A DNA stretch of 64,000 nt, from assembly GCA_965223845.1 (NCBI GenBank), contig CBDCXR010000004.1:3264001-3328000 (forward strand), written 5' to 3'. The position numbers were made by a program, and so were the translations under genes. Numbering within the stretch: the first letter of the stretch is position 1; each line of letters starts with the position of its first letter. A model generated the notes under the pieces. That model was given only the letters and a program-made list of their open reading frames with translations, ran no database searches and was not told the DNA's origin. Below are positions 30,604 through 40,399 of the stretch, piece after piece. This DNA is from Planctomycetota bacterium. GTDB taxonomy: Bacteria > Planctomycetota > UBA8108 > SXIK01.

Positions 30604-31242
30604 CTACTGGTGCTTCAGGCGGAGATTGCGAAACTCGAGACGGCCGTGCTCCGCCTGGATTCCGACGTGTCCGGTGCGATTCTTAATGTTCCATGCGCGC
30701 GAGACGACCGCTCCGTTCAGCTTGACGCTCAAGTCAGCGCCCGAGCAGACGATTTCGTAGGAATTCCACTCGCCAACGCCGCGATACGCCCGCCGAATCG
30801 CTTCGCGGTCGAACTCGTGATGCTCGTCGGTGAAGTCGGGGCCGCCGTACGGGATCATGCTCGCGATCGGGCGCTCGCCGTCGAGATCGTCGAAGCACTG
30901 GACTTGATAGCCGTTGTCGGGCCAGCCGTTCTCGTCGTCCTTGCTGGTCGCTCCGGTGCGGACGAAGATGCCGCTGTTCGCCCCCTCTTCGAGAAGTCGG
31001 ACGTCGAAGCGGAGGACAAAATCGCCGTACTCGTCTTTCGAACGAAGCCATCCGGTCCCGCGGTCCACGAAGAGGAATCCGTCCCGAACGCTGAACTTCG
31101 CTCCGTTCACCGTCTCCCAGCCGTCCAGGTCGCGACCGTTGAATAGCGACTCGAATCCGTCTTCGCGGGCACCTGGACAGCAGCAACCCGCGATGACAGG
31201 AAGCACGGCGACAACGAAGACAGAGCGGATGGATGGAGACAT
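30604..31242 (-). CDS. DUF1080 (3-keto-disaccharide hydrolase family) lipoprotein
   Basis: IAGC lipobox; GFESLFNGRDLDGW; NSGIFVR; GYQVQ; GEWNSYEI; GHVGIQAEH; FRNL. Confidence 0.9.
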   Translation of the reverse strand: MSPSIRSVFVVAVLPVIAGCCCPGAREDGFESLFNGRDLDGWETVNGAKFSVRDGFLFVDRGTGWLRSKDEYGDFVLRFDVRLLEEGANSGIFVRTGATSKDDENGWPDNGYQVQCFDDLDGERPIASMIPYGGPDFTDEHHEFDREAIRRAYRGVGEWNSYEIVCSGADLSVKLNGAVVSRAWNIKNRTGHVGIQAEHGRLEFRNLRLKHQ

Positions 31243-31419
31243 GCGTTTTCTCCCGAGTCTCGTCGACCTGGGTCGTGACCGTGCACCGTGAACTGTGACC
31301 CCCGGCGTCGACGGATGGCCGGAGCTGCGCGGCAGGACGACGATTCCGTCAACCGCCCGCGCGTCTCTCGGTTTCTTCGCCGGCGCCGGTCGACCTCGCC
31401 CCTCGATCTCTTCACTTGC

Positions 31420-31478
31420 CAATCTATCTCTCCTTCGTCTTCCTTCGCGCTCGTCGCGTCCTACGTGTGAATCTCTTC
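31420..31478 (+). repeat. Degenerate copy of intergenic 9-bp-periodic repeat
   Basis: Pyrimidine tract then CCTTCGCGCTCGTCGCGTCCTACGTGTGAATCTCT, similar to the arms of the 47047 element. Confidence 0.5.
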
Positions 31479-31509
31479 TGAGACACCTCGAGTTCGAGGC
31501 GCGCGCCCG

Positions 31510-33219
31510 TTACTCAAACACCGACTGATCGAGCACGATCCGGTAGACCATACCCTGGTCGTACCCGCAGAAGTAGATCTCTCCTTCGCGGTCGACGGCG
31601 AACGTCGTGATGCGGTCGGGTGCCGTTCCGATCTGCCGGATCTTCTCGAGCTTTCGATCCTTCGCCCGGAGACCCCACATCCGCTTCGACTCGTAATCGC
31701 CGAAGATGTAGACACCGTCGTAGGTCGAACTCCGTTTGCCTCGGTAGACGTAGCCGCCGGTCACGGAAGCGCCGTGCTTCCTTCCGAGCGCGACCACCGG
31801 GGGTACGTGACTCGCGCCCGCGGCTTTGTAGCGGTCGGAAAACGGCAAGAAACCTTCGTAGACGTTCCAGCCGTGGTTCTCGCCGGCGCGCGCAACGGTG
31901 ATCTCCTCGAATCGCACCTGGCCGACATCCCCGACCCAGAGGTCACCCGTTCTTGCGTCCCAGCTGAACCGCCACGCCTGGCGAAACCCGAACGCCCAGA
32001 TCTCCTGCCGGACGCGTGGATCCGTGTGACCGTAGAACGGGTTCGACCGCGGAATCGCGTAGGCGAGACCCGAGTCGCGCCCGTCGACATCGATCCGCAG
32101 CACCGCGCCGAGGAGGTGATGGAGGCTCTGCCCGTGTCCGTCCGGATCCTCCTGGGGCCCGCCGTCGCCCGTCCCGACGTAGAGAAAACCGTCCGGGCCG
32201 AAGCCCGCCATCCCGCCCGTGTGGAGATCGGTCCACTGCTCGATGTGAAGAAGTCGGCGCGACGGCGCTCCCGCGTCGCGGCGCAGGTCCTCCGTCGCTC
32301 GACGCTCGACGATCACCGTCCCGAACGCTCCGTCTTCGAGAACGTGATGGTTGAGAAAGTAGCGACGGTTTTCGGTGAATTGCGGGTGAAAGGCGAGCCC
32401 CATCAGCCCTTTGTGCTCGCCCGTGCACGCGTCCGCACTGAGATCGGCGAAGAGCGTCTTCACCGCGACGGCCCCATGCTTTTCGAGAAGCCAGATCTTC
32501 GCCGGATCGTTCTCGACGACGACGAACGTGTCCTCGATGCCCGGTACGGGCGCGAACCAGATCGGGTGTCGAAACCGGAGACTCTCGCCATGGAAAGGCT
32601 CGATGTGAATCGGCCGCTCCACCCACGGAATGTCATCCGGCGTCCCCGCCTTCGCGTGCGGGGCGACCTCCGGACTCTTCAAGGTCTCGAGGTAGGCGAG
32701 GAGATCGGCGAACTCCGACTTCGAGAACGACGCGTGAAGATCCTTCGGCATGAGTGAAAGCGGACTGTTCTTCTCCTCCGCGACATCGTCCTTCGCGATC
32801 CTTCGCGTCGTGCCATCGACGAGAAAGAGTTCCACGGAGTCGTCGGCGCGAGACTTGACGATTCCGGTGATCGCTTCGCCGGCGGTCGTGACGAACTCCT
32901 TCGCCGCGTAGCCCGCGAGGATCGATTTGCTCGGGGCGAGAATCGCTTCGATGAGCCCGGCCCGCGCGTGCTTGTCCGCCATTCCGACGAGATCGGGGCC
33001 CGCTTTCCTCTCGCCGCTTCCGACGGTGTGGCAGCGGACGCAGCCGACGATCTCGCGCTCGTAGACGACCTTACCGCGCTGCGCGTCTCCGACGACCGCT
33101 AGAGCATGAGCGCGGTACGGATTCGGGTCCGGGACTTCGTCGGCGACGATCGTCGCACCGCACGCGCACAACACTGCGAGGAGAGTAGACTGCATCCGGG
33201 ATGCTCGAGACGGAGTCAT
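31510..33219 (-). CDS. Heme c domain plus PQQ-dependent glucose/sorbosone dehydrogenase
   Basis: GDAQRGK..CVRCH..GPDL..SLMP; GLMGLAFHPQF; GPDGFLYVGTGDGG; GFRQAWRFSWD; SVTGGYVYRG. Confidence 0.9.
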   Translation of the reverse strand: MTPSRASRMQSTLLAVLCACGATIVADEVPDPNPYRAHALAVVGDAQRGKVVYEREIVGCVRCHTVGSGERKAGPDLVGMADKHARAGLIEAILAPSKSILAGYAAKEFVTTAGEAITGIVKSRADDSVELFLVDGTTRRIAKDDVAEEKNSPLSLMPKDLHASFSKSEFADLLAYLETLKSPEVAPHAKAGTPDDIPWVERPIHIEPFHGESLRFRHPIWFAPVPGIEDTFVVVENDPAKIWLLEKHGAVAVKTLFADLSADACTGEHKGLMGLAFHPQFTENRRYFLNHHVLEDGAFGTVIVERRATEDLRRDAGAPSRRLLHIEQWTDLHTGGMAGFGPDGFLYVGTGDGGPQEDPDGHGQSLHHLLGAVLRIDVDGRDSGLAYAIPRSNPFYGHTDPRVRQEIWAFGFRQAWRFSWDARTGDLWVGDVGQVRFEEITVARAGENHGWNVYEGFLPFSDRYKAAGASHVPPVVALGRKHGASVTGGYVYRGKRSSTYDGVYIFGDYESKRMWGLRAKDRKLEKIRQIGTAPDRITTFAVDREGEIYFCGYDQGMVYRIVLDQSVFE

Positions 33220-33292
33220 GGCGGGTGGGCTCGGGAGAACACGAACGGGCCGTGCGCGGCGTTCGACTCGAAGCACCTATTTGAACGGACGG

Positions 33293-34729
33293 CTAAGTGA
33301 GTAGCTTGTCGATCACGACGCCGGCGACGTCCGTCAGCCGGTCCTCGCGCCCGCTGTGAAAGAAAGTGAGGCGTTCGTGATCGAGCCCGAGGAGGTGAAG
33401 GATCGTCGCGTGGATATCGTGGACGTGCGCGTGATCTCGGATGGCGTGGAGGCCGAAGTCATCGGTCTCGCCGATCACTTGGCCGCCCTTCACACCTCCT
33501 CCGGCAAACCACATCGTAAACCCGAAGGGGTTGTGGTCGCGACCGTCGCCCTTCTCCGATTGCGGTGTTCGACCGAACTCTCCTCCCCAAACAACGAGCG
33601 TCTCTTCGAGAAGGCCTCGCTGTTTGAGGTCTTTGAGGAGGCCCGCGATCGGCCGATCGCACGAGCGGCAGCGCTCGGTGTGGTTCTTCTCGATCTTCGA
33701 GTGCGCGTCCCACTTGCTTCCCGAACCGTTGTAGAGCTGAACGAACCGCACGCCGCGCTCGACGAGCCGACGCGCGAGGAGGCACATGCGGCCGTAGGTC
33801 GCAGTGGGCTTGTCGTCGAGTCCGTAGAGGTCGCGAGTCGCTTGCGACTCGCTCGAGATGTCGACGGCCTCCGGCGCCGCGGATTGCATCCGATACGCGA
33901 GCTCGTAGCTCGCGATCCGCGCTTCGAGCTCAGAGACCTCACCGCGCCTCGCCGCGTGAATGCGATTGAGCTCGGCGATGAAGTCGAGCTCGCGACGCTG
34001 CTGGGTCGCTCCGACTCTCTTTTGCTGCGCGAGGTTGAGGATCGGCGCGCGCCCTTCGCGAAACTGCGTCCCCTGGTAGGTCGCGGGCATGTAACCCGTG
34101 CCCCAGTTCCGCGGTCCGCCGGGGGGCTCCGCGCCCGAATCGAGGAGAACGACAAATGCGGGGAGGCTGTCGCTCTCCGTGCCGAGCCCGTACGACGTCC
34201 ACGCGCCGAGGCTCGGGCGTCCGGCCTCGATCGAGCCCGTGTTCATCTGGCAGACACCGCGAACGTGAAGGAGCCCATCGGCCTGACACGAGCGGAGGAC
34301 GGCGATGTCGTCGATGCACTCGCCGACGTGAGGCATCCAGTCGGAGACCGGGATTCCACTTTCGCCGCAGAGCTTCCACTTGCGCGCGCTCGCGAGAATC
34401 GGGCTGTCCGTCTCGCCCATCGGGAGATACGGACGCCGAATGTGCTTCGGGAGCTGCGAGCCGGCGTAACGATTGACGGCGGGTTTCGGATCGAACGTAT
34501 CGATGTGGCTCGGCCCGCCGTCCATGAAGAGGAAGATCACGCGCTTTGCCCGAGCCTCGTGATGCGTGCGACGAGGCGCGAACGGCGACTCGGCGTCCGC
34601 GCCAATCGCTTCGCTCGCGAGGAGATGCGAGAGCGCGACCGCGCCAAAGCCACCCCCGGCACGAGCGAGAAAATCGCGCCGCGTCCCTGCGAGCTCGGCG
34701 TGCGGGAATCGTGGCTCACTTGCGTTCAT
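33293..34729 (-). CDS. DUF1501 domain protein, Tat signal
   Basis: TRRDFL; MDGGPSHIDTFDPKP; WDAH; GEFGRTP; GRDHNP. Confidence 0.92.
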   Translation of the reverse strand: MNASEPRFPHAELAGTRRDFLARAGGGFGAVALSHLLASEAIGADAESPFAPRRTHHEARAKRVIFLFMDGGPSHIDTFDPKPAVNRYAGSQLPKHIRRPYLPMGETDSPILASARKWKLCGESGIPVSDWMPHVGECIDDIAVLRSCQADGLLHVRGVCQMNTGSIEAGRPSLGAWTSYGLGTESDSLPAFVVLLDSGAEPPGGPRNWGTGYMPATYQGTQFREGRAPILNLAQQKRVGATQQRRELDFIAELNRIHAARRGEVSELEARIASYELAYRMQSAAPEAVDISSESQATRDLYGLDDKPTATYGRMCLLARRLVERGVRFVQLYNGSGSKWDAHSKIEKNHTERCRSCDRPIAGLLKDLKQRGLLEETLVVWGGEFGRTPQSEKGDGRDHNPFGFTMWFAGGGVKGGQVIGETDDFGLHAIRDHAHVHDIHATILHLLGLDHERLTFFHSGREDRLTDVAGVVIDKLLT

Positions 34730-34745
34730 CGAAACTCGCCCGTCC

Positions 34746-36971
34746 TCAATCGACGTAGATGAATTCGTTCGTGTTCCACAGCGCGTGGCAGAGATCGACG
34801 ACCGCCGCGCCGAGCTCCTCCGGAATTCCCTCCGGGGCCGTTCGCGGAGTCGCGATCAACTCGCCGCGCGCTTTCCTCTCCGCGACGACGATCGCCTGTT
34901 CTTCGAGAAACGTCCGAGTCGCACGCGCTTCGGCGTCGCTCGGGCGTCTCCCGAACGCGAGCTCGTACGCCCGCGTGATCAACGCCTCTCGATCGGCGCC
35001 GGCTTCGCGAAGAAGCCGTCCGGCGAACGTTTCCGCGCGTTCGAGAAACCAGCCGTCGTTGAGGAGCATGAGTGCCTGTGTGGGCGTCGTCGTCTCCGCT
35101 CTCTCCGCGCACGAACCGTGGTTGTCCGGCAGGTCGAACGTCTTGAGGAGCGGCAGGTGCATGTTTCGCTTCACGACGAGATAGACCGATCGGCGCGCCT
35201 GGGCGAGCGGATCTGCGGTCGGTTTCCACGCGTAGCGATCGCTGATCCCGGGCGGCAGCAGCGGAAAGACGCTCGCTCCGAACATACGCGAGTTCAGCTC
35301 ACCGCTTCCCGCGAGGATCGAGTCGCGGAGCACCTCGGCTTCGACGCGCCGCACGCTCATCCGCCAGAGGAGTCGGTTCTCGGGATCGATTTCGCGACCT
35401 CGTTCGACGAGCTCGCCGCCGACGACCGACGCCTGACGATACAGGCTCGACGTGAGGACGAGCCGGTGCATTTCCTTCACGCTCCAGCCGCGACGGACGA
35501 ACTCGCTCGCGAGCCAATCGAGGAGCTCAGGATGCGACGGTGGTTCCGCTTGGAATCCGAAATCGCTCGGAGTTGCGACGATCCCGCGTCCGAAGTGGTG
35601 CTGCCAGATGCGGTTCACCATGACGCGTGCGGTGAGGGGATTCACGGGATCCGTAAGCCACTCGACGAGCGCGGTGCGCCCCTCACCCCGGCGGTCGCTC
35701 GTCGCCGACTCCGCCGCGCGGAGCACCTTGAACACGGCCGGACGAATCGTTTCGCTGTCGTGCTCGCTCCCCGGGATGCGGACCGAGGGCGCCGCGCCGT
35801 CGAGAGTCTTCACACCGCGCGCGAGCGGCGGCGACTTCGGTCGGATGGCATCGAATTCCTTCAGTTTCGCCTCGATGACCTTCCACTTCGTCTTCGCTTC
35901 CTTCGGCATGCTGCCGAGCATTTCCTTTTCGTTCGGCTTCAGCTCCGCGCCGCCGAGCATCATGATCTGCCGCTCGAGCACGGATCGCTTCGACGGTTCG
36001 AGGGCGGCGATCTCCTGAACACGCATCGGGAACTTGCGCGATTTCTTGATCGCGACCTTGCGCCAGAACGGTGCCTCGAGCGCGCGTTTCTCGGCGCGGA
36101 GGTCCTTGGTGGCTCCTTCCCAGCGCGTGAGCTGCTCGCGGTATCGCGCGAGCGACTGAGGCGACCCGACGAGCACGTCGTCGCGAGGAGCCATCGCGGC
36201 GAAGTACGCCTGGAGACCGTAATAGTCGCGCTGCGAAATCGGATCGAACTTGTGATCGTGACAGCGCGCACAGGCGACGGTGAGCCCGAGAAACACGCTG
36301 CCGGTAACGTCGGTGACGTCGTTCAGGACCACCTGCCACATGTCGGGGAGCGTGCGTCCGTTGTCCTCGTACGGCCAGTGACGCAGATACCCCGTCGCGA
36401 CGAGCGCACTCGAATCGCTCGGAGCGATCTCATCCCCGGCGATCTGCTCCGCGGCGAAGCGATCGTACGGCTTATCTTCGTTGAACGCGCGGATCACCCA
36501 ATCGCGGTAGTGCCAGACACCCGGACGAAACCGATCGGACTTGTACCCGTCGCTCTCGGCGAAGCGAACGAGATCGAGCCAGTGTCTCGCCCACCTCTCG
36601 CCGTACCGAGGAGAGGCGAGAAGGCGCTCGACGAGGCGCTCGTACGCGTCCGGGGCGTCGTCGGCGACAAACGCGTCGATTTCCTCGGGAGTCGGCGGCA
36701 ATCCGTGCAGATCGAGCGTCGCCCGCCGGATCAGTGTGCGGCGATTCGCATCCGGAGCGAGCGCGAGCCCGCTCTCGGCCGAACGACGGAGAGCAAACGC
36801 GTCGATCGGGTTTCGCACGCGGGGCGAGTCGACGGACGGAACGTCCGGACGCTCGACGGGCTGGTGGGACCAGTGCTTCGAGCGTTTGGGCGAAGACGGG
36901 TCCGCGTAGGCGGCGCCCACCGAGACGACGAAGCAGACAACGAACCACGGCCGAACCCTCGGGGTGTTCAC
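34746..36971 (-). CDS. DUF1549/DUF1553 (PSD1) protein
   Basis: NPIDAF; YGERWARHWLDLVRFAES; CARCHDHKFDPI; NPLTARVMVNRIWQHHFGRG; TPTQALMLLN. Confidence 0.9.
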   Translation of the reverse strand: MNTPRVRPWFVVCFVVSVGAAYADPSSPKRSKHWSHQPVERPDVPSVDSPRVRNPIDAFALRRSAESGLALAPDANRRTLIRRATLDLHGLPPTPEEIDAFVADDAPDAYERLVERLLASPRYGERWARHWLDLVRFAESDGYKSDRFRPGVWHYRDWVIRAFNEDKPYDRFAAEQIAGDEIAPSDSSALVATGYLRHWPYEDNGRTLPDMWQVVLNDVTDVTGSVFLGLTVACARCHDHKFDPISQRDYYGLQAYFAAMAPRDDVLVGSPQSLARYREQLTRWEGATKDLRAEKRALEAPFWRKVAIKKSRKFPMRVQEIAALEPSKRSVLERQIMMLGGAELKPNEKEMLGSMPKEAKTKWKVIEAKLKEFDAIRPKSPPLARGVKTLDGAAPSVRIPGSEHDSETIRPAVFKVLRAAESATSDRRGEGRTALVEWLTDPVNPLTARVMVNRIWQHHFGRGIVATPSDFGFQAEPPSHPELLDWLASEFVRRGWSVKEMHRLVLTSSLYRQASVVGGELVERGREIDPENRLLWRMSVRRVEAEVLRDSILAGSGELNSRMFGASVFPLLPPGISDRYAWKPTADPLAQARRSVYLVVKRNMHLPLLKTFDLPDNHGSCAERAETTTPTQALMLLNDGWFLERAETFAGRLLREAGADREALITRAYELAFGRRPSDAEARATRTFLEEQAIVVAERKARGELIATPRTAPEGIPEELGAAVVDLCHALWNTNEFIYVD

Positions 36972-37136
36972 GATCGAGCACCTCGCGCGTTGAACTTCTG
37001 GGATCTCGGCTCTTCGCATCCCCTCGGAGCGGTGAGCCGGACGGCTCTCAGGATACCGCAAATCGGAGGCGGAATTCAGCCGAGTTGTCGGGCGCAGAGG
37101 GCCGGAAACGGCGCTCTGCGTTCCCGGTCGACGGTC

Positions 37137-37694
37137 TCAAGGCCCGTCGCCGCTCGCGATGACGAACCTTCGATTGCGCCGGGCGAATTCGCGAGCGTAC
37201 TCGCGGTTCGTGAACGAAAGCGTGATCGTCCGCGCCGTGGCGGACACGCGAACGGGTGGCGGAGGAGGAATCGGGAGTCGGCCGGGGTCGAGGATCGCCA
37301 CGACGATCCCCACTACCAGCGCGATGACCATGAAACTGAGAGTCGCCAGCAGCGACGCCCAAGGCTCGGGAAAGTCTTTTCGCATCGACTCGTGGAGCGA
37401 GAAGCTGACGACTCCCGTAGCAAAAGCGAAGATGATCCCGGGCCCGGCGACGAGAAGTAGCCGGACCCAACTCGACCGCCGGACTTGCGTTCGACACGAA
37501 GAACAGATCGGCGCGAGGGGCGTATCGCGCGGGATCCGGGGCATGACGTATCGCGGGAGTCCGAATCCACGATCCGGGCCGAATCCAAAGCGGAGCATTT
37601 CGCTGGGCGAGCTCAAGTCGCAGACGACGCAGCGAGCGGGATATTCTAGCTCGTAGCCGCGGTGCAGTTCGACTCGGGCGGCGGGTCGGGTCAT
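37137..37694 (-). CDS. Hypothetical CxxC..CxxC two-TM protein (array module 5)
   Basis: YPARCVVC..PICSSC..2 TM..FTNREYAREFARRN. Confidence 0.75.
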   Translation of the reverse strand: MTRPAARVELHRGYELEYPARCVVCDLSSPSEMLRFGFGPDRGFGLPRYVMPRIPRDTPLAPICSSCRTQVRRSSWVRLLLVAGPGIIFAFATGVVSFSLHESMRKDFPEPWASLLATLSFMVIALVVGIVVAILDPGRLPIPPPPPVRVSATARTITLSFTNREYAREFARRNRRFVIASGDGP

Positions 37695-37914
37695 GGCCGG
37701 ACTGGTTACGCTGAAGGAGTTGAGTCGATTCGATCGGCGATTGCGGGACCGCGTTCGTTTCGGACAAAAACCGCTCTCGATCAGTATGTCGGGATCGAGT
37801 TTAACGGCAATCATCGACCTTCTGGCTCACGCGCCTGGCCCGAAAGACCGCGAGAGGGAAACCGCGGTTCGATCGCGTGGCGGAGCTCGACGCGAGTCGG
37901 CTCGAAGCGTGACT

Positions 37915-39015
37915 TCACTCACGAAAGCTCGCCGGCGGACCGTCAGACGGGTCGCTCGGGTCGCGCGATACGACAGATTCGCGATTGAGCTTCGAAAACT
38001 CCCGAGCGAATGTGGGATTCCCGAAGGCGTATTCCACGTGATCCGCTCGGACGGTGACCTCGATCGGCGGTGCGCTGAAAATCGCGGTACCGAGTAGAGC
38101 GATCCACGAGAGAGCTGCAAAGGGCATCGACCACGGCCGCGGGATCCATTCGCGGACGAGCCCTTCGAGAACGAACACCGCGAATACACCTAAGAAAGCC
38201 GCGGTCCATGTCCCGCGGACGAAGCGCAGCCGCTGAATTCGGCTTAGACACGACGCGCAGCAGGGCACTCGGGGACGGGCACCTAGGTTCGGAAGAATCG
38301 CGCGGTGAAACCACATCCAACCTGAGTATCGTGGCTGGAACGCAGCCCGGCTACCCGGCGCGTCGACTCCACAACCAACACAGCGTGCGGGGAACCGAGC
38401 CAGAAACTCGCGGTAGATTCCGATCCGAGTCGCGGCGTAGGTCGCGCGTACTCGGCCGCGACCTCCCCAAGCTCTCGCGAGATTCCAGCGTCGAGCCCGC
38501 TTTCCGCGAATTTCTTCCGCCGAAAGTAGGTGCTCGCGATTCAGCGCATCGAACTCTCGCGCGTACTCTGGATCATAAACCAGATACTCGACCGTGTCTC
38601 CACACACGACGACGTCGGCCGGCTTCCACCTTAAACTACTAAGAATCGCGACGCCCATGAGCATAGGTACAGCGACGAACCCAAGCGACCACGGACTCGG
38701 CACGACGACCCGAACGACAGGTTCGAGCAAAAAGAGACTGAGGAACACCGTCGAAATGATCGCCGCGAGAAAGAGCCACCCGAAGACTCCGTCCGAGTGT
38801 AGGACGGCGCGGACGCATCCCGTGCACGCCGGGATCCGGCGTGGTTGCAATCGGTCGCGTCGAATCACTAGCGCGTGCATCCCGAACCACACCGGATAAA
38901 GGATGCGCGAGAGGTAACTCGCGCCCGGCGATTCCCTCCCGCAAATCGCGCACCGATCGGGGAACTCGGGTTCGTACTCTCGGGGGAACTCGAGTCGAGT
39001 TGATCCGAAGGTCAT
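37915..39015 (-). CDS. Hypothetical protein with two fused CxxC..CxxC two-TM modules (modules 3 and 4)
   Basis: FPDRCAIC..PACTGC..DPEYAREFDALNRE, then FPARCVGC..PCCASC..NPTFAREFSKLNRE. Confidence 0.8.
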   Translation of the reverse strand: MTFGSTRLEFPREYEPEFPDRCAICGRESPGASYLSRILYPVWFGMHALVIRRDRLQPRRIPACTGCVRAVLHSDGVFGWLFLAAIISTVFLSLFLLEPVVRVVVPSPWSLGFVAVPMLMGVAILSSLRWKPADVVVCGDTVEYLVYDPEYAREFDALNREHLLSAEEIRGKRARRWNLARAWGGRGRVRATYAATRIGIYREFLARFPARCVGCGVDAPGSRAAFQPRYSGWMWFHRAILPNLGARPRVPCCASCLSRIQRLRFVRGTWTAAFLGVFAVFVLEGLVREWIPRPWSMPFAALSWIALLGTAIFSAPPIEVTVRADHVEYAFGNPTFAREFSKLNRESVVSRDPSDPSDGPPASFRE

Positions 39016-39590
39016 CGGTCAGGTTGGCGTGCGCAGGGGTCGGGATTTCGTGAGACGATGTGCTCACGGTTGAGCTCTTCGAAGTCGCGAGCGAATTCCG
39101 GGGCGGCGAACGAGTATTCCAAGGTATCCACGTGGACTATGACGAGAAGAGGCTGCGGCTGTGGACCTCGCAGGTCTGCGAGTAGACGTCGGAAACACCA
39201 CTCGAGCGCGCTCGTCGTCGCGATGAAGAATACGATTCCACAAAACGTCACCGTGAACGACGCCAAGACACCCGGCAGCACCGGAGTCACCAGCGAGTAC
39301 ACGGCGATCATCGTCGCCGCCATCGTCGCCATTCCCGGCAGCAAAGGAATCGCCGCCGCGAGCCACCAGCGCCGCCGCCATCGATGATGACAGGGATCGC
39401 AGATCGGTCCGACTGCGACTCGTGGACGCGTCGCAGAAAAGATCAGAGCGGGAGACAACGTCGTGAGAACGGTGCGTGTTCGCGTACGGAAAGGACCCTC
39501 TCGAGGCTTGCCGTTGCAGCAGACGCAGCGGTCGGGAAACTGTGGAGAGTGCTCGCGAGAGATCTCGATCGAGGTGACCGGTCGGCTCAC
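39012..39590 (-). CDS. Hypothetical CxxC..CxxC two-TM protein (array module 2)
   Basis: FPDRCVCC..PICDPC..2 TM..APEFARDFEELNRE; 4-nt overlaps with both neighbours. Confidence 0.8.
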   Translation of the reverse strand: MSRPVTSIEISREHSPQFPDRCVCCNGKPREGPFRTRTRTVLTTLSPALIFSATRPRVAVGPICDPCHHRWRRRWWLAAAIPLLPGMATMAATMIAVYSLVTPVLPGVLASFTVTFCGIVFFIATTSALEWCFRRLLADLRGPQPQPLLVIVHVDTLEYSFAAPEFARDFEELNREHIVSRNPDPCARQPDR

Positions 39591-40177
39591 GGCGGCTCCT
39601 CCTGGAGATGGCCAGACGCGTCCGGAACTTCGCCTCCGCGGACAAGCTGCTTCTGAGTCAGTTTCTCATGGTTGAGGCGTTCGAAGTCTTGCGCGCAGCT
39701 GCAGTCCTGCAGGACGAACACGGCCTGCACGGTCTCTCCCCGATCGACCAGGAAACACTCGTCGGGTATCCACCCAAGTTTGATGATGACGTAGATAAGA
39801 AAGAGAGATTCGCCGATTCCGTACGCGCTGGGCAACGTGATCGCGAGTAGCCATGCCGTCGGCAACGCTTCGTGCAGCGCAACCATGACGAACGCCGGGA
39901 ACAGACAGAACGCCCCCCACTTGAGCCCTGCCCAAACGAGGGCCGGGTGAGACTTCTCGCGCAGGAGGCGAACGTGACAATTCCGACATACCGGCACCGA
40001 GATGGCGAGGCGAGGATGCCGCACGAGGAAACGGCGCTCGAGGCCGAAGAATCGTTCACAGAATACACTCGGCTGGAAATCTGAAGTTGATTTCTGTCTC
40101 CCGCAGGACATGCATCGATTCGGGAAGACCGGCACGTAGCTTCGGTAAAACTCGAACCCAGCGACGTGTCTATTCAC
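39587..40177 (-). CDS. Hypothetical CxxC..CxxC two-TM protein (array module 1)
   Basis: FPNRCMSC..PVCRNC..2 TM..AQDFERLNHE; start GTG 40177 chosen by alignment with the paralogs. Confidence 0.75.
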   Translation of the reverse strand: MNRHVAGFEFYRSYVPVFPNRCMSCGRQKSTSDFQPSVFCERFFGLERRFLVRHPRLAISVPVCRNCHVRLLREKSHPALVWAGLKWGAFCLFPAFVMVALHEALPTAWLLAITLPSAYGIGESLFLIYVIIKLGWIPDECFLVDRGETVQAVFVLQDCSCAQDFERLNHEKLTQKQLVRGGEVPDASGHLQEEPP

Positions 40178-40399
40178 GAATCGCGACCCTTTCACTCGGC
40201 AATTCACTACCCGGGACCGGAGGACCCGCGAGGAACGACTACGCGGTCCACTCCAGCAGGCTTGCGTGCATAGTCGGCAGAGCTGGATCGAGACGGAGAT
40301 AAGGATCCGGGAGAGACGCAGCTGAAGAAGCAGCAGCTGAAGAAGAAAAAGAACTGAGTCGGGAACGGGAACGTGGCTCGCACCGCGCTGGTGCGGACG

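Noticed and set aside
34566-37460. 964-aa plus-strand ORF, and similar long ORFs at 34-612, 3603-5234, 12759-14768, 23079-24788, 53418-55971, 59039-61930
   Set aside because: They lie antisense to well-supported genes, are Arg-rich and motif-free; typical shadow ORFs of high-GC DNA.
37137-40177. Integron cassette array or DGR explanation for the paralog array
   Set aside because: Genes overlap by 4 nt leaving no room for attC sites; no integrase, reverse transcriptase or near-identical template/variable repeat pair seen.
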